This document shows positions 45,072 through 51,284 of a stretch of 51,284 nt of DNA, in pieces. This stretch comes from Gemmatimonadota bacterium (GTDB taxonomy: Bacteria; Gemmatimonadota; Gemmatimonadetes; Gemmatimonadales; Gemmatimonadaceae). The notes beneath the pieces are model-generated. The model had not been told where the DNA came from. It worked only from the letters and a program-made list of their open reading frames with translations, and did not search any database. Where the stretch lies: positions 1 through 51,284 of the forward strand of contig QHVA01000068.1 in the NCBI GenBank assembly GCA_003223425.1, given 5' to 3'. Within the stretch, counting starts at the first letter, position 1; every line of letters begins with the position of its first letter. Both the position numbers and the translations under genes were made by a program.

Positions 45072-46055
45072 ATGACCTCGTCGACAGTTGTGCAGCCCTC
45101 CACCTCCGCTACATCAGCACCGCAGGAAGAATTTCGCGACCTTGGCTTTGGTACTGAGGTCGCGAGAGGCACACGCCGACGGCTGCTGAATCGCGATGGA
45201 AGCTTCAATGTAGTTCGCGATGCGCTCGATCCACTTTCGTCACTGAGTCTCTACCACTGGCTGCTGACGATCTCGTGGCCGAGGTTTCTCGCTTTTATTA
45301 GCGGCTCCTACATCATCGTCAACATCTTCTTCGCTGTTGCATTTCTGCTTTTGGGTCCGGATGCTCTTCAATCGAGTACAGGTGATTTCGCGGGAAGCCC
45401 ATTTTACAGAGCGTTTTTTTTCAGCGTCGACACGTTCGCGACAATCGGTTACGGCAACATTATTCCCGTCGGAGCTGCTGCGAACACATTGGTTACGATC
45501 GAGGCTTTGCTCAACATCGTCGGAGTTGCGCTTGCAACTGGGGTGATTTTTGCGCGGTTCTCACGACCGTCCGCAAGAATTATCTATAGCCGTAATGCCA
45601 TCGTCGCACCCTACCGTGAGAAGACGGCGTTGGAATTCAGAATCGCCAACGCGAGAAGCAGCCAACTGATCGAGGTACAAGTACAAGCGATTCTGACCAA
45701 GCTCGAACAAGTCGGGGACTCAACGGTGCGAAAATTTTACGACCTGAGCCTGGAACGAAATCGCGTAGTGTTCTTCCCATTGAGCTGGACAGTCGTGCAT
45801 CCGATTGATCCAGCGAGCCCGATGTGGGGTTTGACGCATGCAGATCTCCTGAAGGCTGAGGCCGAGTTATTGGTTCTTCTTATCGGAACCGACGAAACCG
45901 TCTCCCAGAGCGTGCATTCGAGGTCTTCGTATCAAGCGAGCGAGATTGTCTGGGGTGCAAAGTTCTCGAACATGTTCATGCGGACGGAGGCTGAAGGAAT
46001 CATCGGGATGAATCTCAGCCGAATCCACGAGATCGAACGCGTACGTTCGGTATGA
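45072..46055 (+). CDS. Inward-rectifier potassium channel (KirBac)
   Basis: YHWLLTISWPRF slide helix, FFFSVDTFATIGYG selectivity filter, FARFSRP, FRIANAR, WTVVHPID..SP. Confidence 0.93.
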   Translation: MTSSTVVQPSTSATSAPQEEFRDLGFGTEVARGTRRRLLNRDGSFNVVRDALDPLSSLSLYHWLLTISWPRFLAFISGSYIIVNIFFAVAFLLLGPDALQSSTGDFAGSPFYRAFFFSVDTFATIGYGNIIPVGAAANTLVTIEALLNIVGVALATGVIFARFSRPSARIIYSRNAIVAPYREKTALEFRIANARSSQLIEVQVQAILTKLEQVGDSTVRKFYDLSLERNRVVFFPLSWTVVHPIDPASPMWGLTHADLLKAEAELLVLLIGTDETVSQSVHSRSSYQASEIVWGAKFSNMFMRTEAEGIIGMNLSRIHEIERVRSV

Positions 46056-46119
46056 CTCAACTTGTGCAAGGGACCGCACTTTGAACGTCTCTCCTTCGAT
46101 ACTCACTTAGCGAGAACCT

Positions 46120-46842
46120 ATGAAAACGCAAATCTGGTGTTGCGTGGCAGTTTTAGCGCCACTAACTGTACAGGCGCAAGACAGTTCGGCGCCAATTCCT
46201 CCAATTCCGCAAATTGCAGTTACCGGACGCGGCGAAGTCAAAGTCTCTCCCGACAAAGCGACTATTCAGGTAAGCGTCCAAACGCGCGCTGCTACTGCCG
46301 CTGCAGCTGCGACAGAAAACGCCACCAAGCAACAATCAGTTTTGTCTGCGCTCCGGGCGTTGGGCTTGGGAAACGACCAGCTTTCCACAATCAATTACAA
46401 CGTCTATCCCGAGCAGCATTATGAACAAGGCAAGGAGCCGACGATCGTTGCTTACAACGTGACGAACACGATTCTCGTCGACGTCCGGAAGTTGAGCCAG
46501 GTTGGTCCAGTAATCGACGCTGCATTGTCTCACGGAGCGAACATGATTACCTCGCTTCAGTTTTACGCCTCGAATACCGAGGTCGCTCGGAGAGGTGCAA
46601 TCGCCACTGCGATAGAAAGGGCACGCGCGGATGCTGACGCCGCAGCACGCGCTGCTCATGGGTCGCTTGGTAGTCTTCTCGAGATCAGCATCGGCCCTTA
46701 CTCCCCTCCCCCACCGCGGCCAATGATGATGGCTCGTGGAACTGTCCTCGACACCGTTCAACTCCAAACTCCAATCAATCCCGGCGAGGAGACACTTTCA
46801 GTCGAAGTCAGCACGCGATGGAGGTTTATCCCCGGGCAGTAG
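46120..46842 (+). CDS. SIMPL (DUF541/YggE-like) periplasmic protein
   Basis: Signal peptide, IAVTGRGEVKVSPDKA, YNVTN, IDAA...GAN, PINPGE. Confidence 0.9.
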   Translation: MKTQIWCCVAVLAPLTVQAQDSSAPIPPIPQIAVTGRGEVKVSPDKATIQVSVQTRAATAAAAATENATKQQSVLSALRALGLGNDQLSTINYNVYPEQHYEQGKEPTIVAYNVTNTILVDVRKLSQVGPVIDAALSHGANMITSLQFYASNTEVARRGAIATAIERARADADAAARAAHGSLGSLLEISIGPYSPPPPRPMMMARGTVLDTVQLQTPINPGEETLSVEVSTRWRFIPGQ

Positions 46843-46846
46843 AGCT

Positions 46847-46888
46847 ATTTCCACGTGGAACCCAACCCGGCAGGTTCCACGTGGAAAC
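46847..46888. promoter_or_regulatory. Two parS centromere sites
   Basis: ATTTCCACGTGGAACC (46847-46862) and GGTTCCACGTGGAAAC (46873-46888) match TGTTNCACGTGNAACA, directly upstream of parA. Confidence 0.88.
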
Positions 46889-46932
46889 GCTTCGTCGCGG
46901 TGAGTAGATTAGCCGTTATCCTCACCATTGAC

Positions 46933-47721
46933 GTGGCCCGAATAATCGCAATCGCAAACCAAAAGGGCGGTGTGGGGAAAACGACCACCGCTGTAAATCT
47001 CGCAGCCAGTCTCGCCGCCGCGGAGCAACGCACGCTCTTGATCGACGCGGACCCACAAGGCAACGCCACCAGTGGAGTCGGACTCCAAAAGGAAACGATT
47101 CCTCTGACTCTCTACGACGTGCTCGTCGGAAATTCGGATCTTCGATCTTCGCGCCAGGCTTCCATTCAGTTTGAGAAACTGGATGTCGTCGGTGCAACTC
47201 CGGATCTCGCAGCCGCTGAAGTCGAGCTCGTAGATAAAGCTGACCGCGATCACGTTATGCGCGGAGCAGTGGAGGTGCTGCGGGAAGATTATGACTTCGT
47301 CATTATCGACTGCCCGCCGTCGCTCGGGCTTATCACAATCAACATGCTCGTAGCTGCCGATGCTCTGCTCATTCCCCTTCAGTGCGAGTACTACGCACTC
47401 GAAGGTCTCTCGCAGCTCCTGAATACCGTGCACCGTGTCCAGCACAGCGCCAACGAAAAGCTTGGCATCGACGGTGTTCTGCTCACCATGTACGACTCCC
47501 GTCTCAATCTCTCGAGGCAGGTTGCTGACGACGCGAGAGAATACTTTGGGCCCAAAGTCTTCCGAAATGTCGTACCCAGAAATGTCCGGCTGGCAGAGGC
47601 ACCCAGCTTCGGAAAACCTATCATTCTTTACGACATCGCCTCAGTCGGTGCACAGGCCTACATGAATGTCGCAAAGGAGCTGATCGAACGAACTGAGCAA
47701 GGAGACGATGGTGCCCAGTGA
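46933..47721 (+). CDS. parA: Chromosome partitioning ATPase ParA/Soj
   Basis: IANQKGGVGKTTT, DADPQGNATSG, IDCPPSLG, QCEYYALEG, RNVRLAEAPSFG. GTG start 46933. Confidence 0.97.
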   Translation: MARIIAIANQKGGVGKTTTAVNLAASLAAAEQRTLLIDADPQGNATSGVGLQKETIPLTLYDVLVGNSDLRSSRQASIQFEKLDVVGATPDLAAAEVELVDKADRDHVMRGAVEVLREDYDFVIIDCPPSLGLITINMLVAADALLIPLQCEYYALEGLSQLLNTVHRVQHSANEKLGIDGVLLTMYDSRLNLSRQVADDAREYFGPKVFRNVVPRNVRLAEAPSFGKPIILYDIASVGAQAYMNVAKELIERTEQGDDGAQ

Positions 47722-48598
47722 AAAAAACCCACGCCGGCTAGGCAGAGGACTCGAAGCGCTACTCGGTAGTGCGACTGGACTCGCTTCGAGCGATGAGGGG
47801 GCGCTCAAATCCATTCCCATCGCGCAAATTGCTCGGAATCCGTTTCAGCCTCGCCACGAGTTCAATGCCGAGGAGCTCACAGAATTGGAGGAGAGCCTAA
47901 AAGCGAGCGGTCTTCTTCAGCCAATCACCGTACGTCGACGGGCGGGCAAAGATGGCTTCGAGCTGATCGCCGGCGAGCGTCGTTTACGCGCCGCTGCAAA
48001 GCTCGGCTGGAGAGAGATACCTGCAATCATCAAAGAAATCGACGACAGGACAATTCTTACCCTGGCGCTAATTGAAAATCTGCAGCGCACCGACCTGAAC
48101 CCAATCGAGGAAGGGGAAGGCTACCACAAGCTTTCTCACGAGTTTGGTCTAACTCAGCAACAGATCGCAGAGACTGTCGGGAAAGACCGAACCACGATTA
48201 CGAACATGCTGCGCCTTCTCCAGCTACCGGCAATGGTGCGAGAGCTAGTCCAGCAAGGCGAGCTCACGATGGGTCATGCCAAGGTCCTCCTGGGGCTCGA
48301 AGATCCGGAGAAGATCACGAGACTCGCCCAGGAAGTCGTCAAGGAGGGTCTTACAGTCCGCGAGATTGAGAGCCGACTCCGCGGCGTCGGTACCCATCGA
48401 GGCAAAAAAACCGGACGTCCAAGAGCTATCGATCGACAGTCCCCCGAGGCAAAGAGAGTCGAAGAGCGGCTACGGCGATTTCTCCAAACGGACACAGTGA
48501 TCAAAGTCGGCCCGAAAAACAGGGGAACTTTGACAATCCACTTTTATTCAGCTGACGATCTTGAACGCGTGCTGGAGCTCATGCGAGTTCCTGACTAA
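47708..48598 (+). CDS. parB: Chromosome partitioning protein ParB/Spo0J
   Basis: LGRGLEALL, NPFQPR, GLLQPI, IAGERRLRA, ALIENLQR.DLNPIEE, HTH. Confidence 0.97.
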   Translation: MVPSEKNPRRLGRGLEALLGSATGLASSDEGALKSIPIAQIARNPFQPRHEFNAEELTELEESLKASGLLQPITVRRRAGKDGFELIAGERRLRAAAKLGWREIPAIIKEIDDRTILTLALIENLQRTDLNPIEEGEGYHKLSHEFGLTQQQIAETVGKDRTTITNMLRLLQLPAMVRELVQQGELTMGHAKVLLGLEDPEKITRLAQEVVKEGLTVREIESRLRGVGTHRGKKTGRPRAIDRQSPEAKRVEERLRRFLQTDTVIKVGPKNRGTLTIHFYSADDLERVLELMRVPD

Positions 48599-48700
48599 TC
48601 AACAGAGTTATTCACCTGAGCTGTAACTTCTGCTCGTTTAAGGAGTTAACTAAAACGGACGAGGTCTGGAGCGGTCGGTTCTCCACACAGAAATGCATAC
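48596..48700. other. DnaA-box cluster, candidate oriC element
   Basis: TAATCAACA (48596), TTATTCACC (48608), TTCTCCACA (48679), all in the same orientation with 1-2 mismatches to TTWTNCACA, plus an AT-richer stretch between them. Confidence 0.45.
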
Positions 48701-48705
48701 CGTTG

Positions 48706-49479
48706 ATGACGACCATTCGTGAATTAGCTAATTACGTCGAAGAACTCTTGGAGAGCAAATCAACGCCCGATTATCCTGGCGCGCTGAACGGCCTTCAGCT
48801 AGAGAACCAATCGGAAATCAAAGCTGTTGCTGCAGCGGTGGATTTTTCGACGCGTGCCATAAAGGGCGCTATTTCGAACAATGCCAACCTGCTGCTGGTT
48901 CACCATGGAATGTTTTGGGGTACTCCGAGCCCGTTCATCGGTCCCTCATACCGCAGATTGAGACTTCTGATGGAGCACGATATTGCCGTCTATTCGTCGC
49001 ACTTGCCTCTCGATCGACATCCAGCACTCGGTAACAACGTGCTACTCGCAAGAGAGTTGGAACTCGAACCGAGTGGGGCATTTGCCGCGTACGAAGAAAT
49101 ATTCATTGGGGTAAGCGGGGAAAGTGACGTTGAAACCAGCTTGCTTGCTGAGCGAGCGCGAAAATTCGCAAAGAATTACGGAACTGAACTACGCACAACT
49201 GAAATCCCAGAACGCCGACGAACGAAGCGATGGGCAATTTGCACCGGTGCCGGCGCATCAGCTGAAACGCTCAAGGAGGCAGAAGAAAAGAACATCGACA
49301 CGCTTATTGTCGGCGAGGGGCCGCATTGGACTGCCGTTCACGCTGAGGAGACCGGAGTGGCGATTATTTACGCAGGACACTACGCTACCGAGACGCTCGG
49401 GGTCCGCGCATTGGCTGATCATCTGGGAAAGAGGTACAGCATTCCCTCCATCTTTATCAGCGCCCCCACTGGCCTTTAG
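48706..49479 (+). CDS. Nif3/YbgI dinuclear metal-centre protein (DUF34)
   Basis: DYPGALNGLQ, VHHGMFW, YSSHLPLD.HP..GNN, GHYATE. Confidence 0.93.
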   Translation: MTTIRELANYVEELLESKSTPDYPGALNGLQLENQSEIKAVAAAVDFSTRAIKGAISNNANLLLVHHGMFWGTPSPFIGPSYRRLRLLMEHDIAVYSSHLPLDRHPALGNNVLLARELELEPSGAFAAYEEIFIGVSGESDVETSLLAERARKFAKNYGTELRTTEIPERRRTKRWAICTGAGASAETLKEAEEKNIDTLIVGEGPHWTAVHAEETGVAIIYAGHYATETLGVRALADHLGKRYSIPSIFISAPTGL

Positions 49480-49501
49480 TCCTGCTCACTCGGCAGCACA
49501 T

Positions 49502-50422
49502 TCAGCAGTCCGTGTACGCACTTCTCCAGGTAGCACGCCACTGGCCATCAGCCATACGCTCGATCAGCCCAAGCTTGCTTGCATCATCATACTCGATGTC
49601 GACAACAATAGCGGGACGTTTCGCTGCACCGATCTGCACCATAGTTAGAACTTCAGTCGCTTGAGTGGATTCCTCAGCTCCTGCTGTCCTGCTGTAATAT
49701 CCGACATTGTACTTACCCAACGTGGATGCTGCTTTCTCGCCGACGATCAAAATGTGCTCGAGCCTTGGATTCGCTTCCTCATTTACACTGCGAACGACAT
49801 CCGCGACTACTACGTCTACGGAATCCAGTCGAAATGTGAATGCCGAGCGCACCCTAAAAGGAAGTCCTCTGAAGGTTGGATCCGCTGCGACGGGTAGGGT
49901 CGCAGCCGTCCGCGCCAGAGACGCGGCGAGTGCAGCGGAATCCGTACTCGACATCCCTTCAATCGAGTCAACCTTGATTGCATTGACATGCCCGCTTGCA
50001 AACCCAACTCGCCAGTTCGCACGCGCCGATCGCAATTTTGCGAGAGGCCAGAAATGACACTCTTCGTCTGTGTCAGCCGGTGGAAGCGGCAATGCTGAGA
50101 CCGACGATTTAACCTTCCCACCTCTTCCAAAGAGATCGAACGTAAGGCCTGAGATTGGCGGGATAATCCGCTCAAACGATGCGATCGTGCTGTCGGTTGC
50201 TTCGGGGAAGACAACCTCAATGGTGTCGCCAGTGCTTCCGGTAGAGACAATCATCACCGGCCCGGCATCAGCATTCCAATTCGTGTTGCCAGCAGGACCC
50301 AGAGAGTAAACCGGAGGCAGCGATTTGCCCGCGGAATCAATTCTGCCCGATCCTTTCTCTCGGCAGGCAACAAGGCCGACAACCACCAGCGGGAACCACA
50401 CAGTCGTCGGGCAACACTTCAT
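49502..50422 (-). CDS. Hypothetical lipoprotein, 306 aa
   Basis: Lipobox LVAC in a long uninterrupted ORF. No family recognised. Confidence 0.75.
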   Translation of the reverse strand: MKCCPTTVWFPLVVVGLVACREKGSGRIDSAGKSLPPVYSLGPAGNTNWNADAGPVMIVSTGSTGDTIEVVFPEATDSTIASFERIIPPISGLTFDLFGRGGKVKSSVSALPLPPADTDEECHFWPLAKLRSARANWRVGFASGHVNAIKVDSIEGMSSTDSAALAASLARTAATLPVAADPTFRGLPFRVRSAFTFRLDSVDVVVADVVRSVNEEANPRLEHILIVGEKAASTLGKYNVGYYSRTAGAEESTQATEVLTMVQIGAAKRPAIVVDIEYDDASKLGLIERMADGQWRATWRSAYTDC

Positions 50423-50545
50423 AGCAGTAATTTGTCGGCGAGTTGTTACAGCGTCGAGTACGTATTGGATGCTACGTCACCATACGTATTTGAGCACCAC
50501 ACCTGACGGTGTAGAGTACAAGCGCGAGCCCATGAGGAGTAAACA

Positions 50546-51284
50546 ATGAGACCAGCGACAATGAGCGCACTCAGCAACGAGGACCAAATCTCGGACGCCG
50601 TTCTCACTGTCACTCCGACTGGCGACTTTAACCCGCCACTCGCGCCTTTCACAGAGCGCCTCAGTTGGGCGCTCTACGATTTCGCGAATACGATATTCTC
50701 GATGAACATCGCCACGCTCTACTTTGCCGCGTGGCTGGTAGCAGATTTGGGCCACTCGAATACGCTCTACGCAACAGTAAACGGAATTGCATCTGCGCTC
50801 GTCGTAGTGTCGATCCCGGTGTTCGGAGCAATCTCCGATGCGACCCAGCGCCGGAAACCATGGGTTGTTGGCTTCACACTGATTGCGTGTGTATCGACGG
50901 TGGCAATGGCAATCCTTGGTCAGACAGGCCTGCCGCTCATCGGAGAAGGGGTAACAGCGCCCGCAACGCGCCAACTGATACCGCCTGGCATAGCTCTGTT
51001 TGGTGTGCTCGCAGCTTTTACCATTGCGAACTACGCATACCAGGGCGCGCAGCCGTTCTATAACGCGATGATGCCGGAACTTGTTCCAGTTGACCATCGC
51101 GGCCGACTTTCTGGCATGGGCGCGGCGTTAGGCTACGTCGGTTCAATAACCGGTGTTCTGCTGACTTTTCCGTTTTTCACCGGTGCGATGCCGATCCTCG
51201 GAACGATTCCGGACCGTGTCATCGGCTTTCTCAGGAGCGCAGTTCCATTCACGACACATGGCGGCCGAGTTTCCACTTTTGTAC
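50546..51284 (+). CDS. MFS transporter (Atg22/UMF1-like), partial at the window end
   Basis: Not in the ORF track because it has no stop. My translation gives ...ERLSWALYDFANTIFSMNI...PVFGAISDATQRRKPW...FYNAMMPEL...GRLSG.G.ALGYVG. GAGGAG RBS before ATG 50546. Confidence 0.88.
   Translation, partial: MRPATMSALSNEDQISDAVLTVTPTGDFNPPLAPFTERLSWALYDFANTIFSMNIATLYFAAWLVADLGHSNTLYATVNGIASALVVVSIPVFGAISDATQRRKPWVVGFTLIACVSTVAMAILGQTGLPLIGEGVTAPATRQLIPPGIALFGVLAAFTIANYAYQGAQPFYNAMMPELVPVDHRGRLSGMGAALGYVGSITGVLLTFPFFTGAMPILGTIPDRVIGFLRSAVPFTTHGGRVSTFV

Noticed and set aside
50477-51097. 206-aa minus-strand ORF at the window end
   Set aside because: Antisense to the MFS transporter that runs off the window on the plus strand.
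1-51284. CRISPR arrays, tRNA/rRNA genes, transposases, integrases, prophage or recognisable defence systems
   Set aside because: No spaced repeats, cloverleafs or mobile-element or defence motifs seen by eye; intergenic gaps are short and mostly explained.

Overview
A 51-kb stretch of bacterial core chromosome, about 60% GC by eye and gene-dense. The gene set suggests a diderm soil bacterium, possibly Gemmatimonadota, but that is inference only. It is probably origin-proximal, because it carries mnmG, two parS sites, parA-parB and a DnaA-box cluster after parB. Main content: two cold-shock genes, a ku-ligD NHEJ operon, an NrtR-type regulator, a desaturase-YggX-GH3 operon, divergent argCBD and argR-argG-argH with ARG boxes, ispG, an M16 peptidase pair, murB, a serA/FAD-oxidase/serB/class-V aminotransferase operon, a KirBac channel and Nif3. 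I found no tRNA, rRNA, CRISPR array, transposase or prophage. The strongest leads are: (i) a Wzc/BY-kinase-like protein that has lost Walker A, Walker B and the Tyr cluster and is operonic with a GAF/fRMsr and a Mesh1-like HD hydrolase instead of EPS genes; (ii) a serine operon that couples a type I SerA to a D-2-hydroxyacid dehydrogenase-like FAD enzyme; (iii) a protamine-like Arg/Ser-rich protein and a MerR-like protein ending in an AT-hook; (iv) non-coding signals: a perfect Rex operator at a blue-copper lipoprotein gene, a sigma54 promoter at ku-ligD, an unusual NrtR operator, a candidate oriC and repeated leaderless promoters. All family calls come from recognising motifs by eye; no database search was run.
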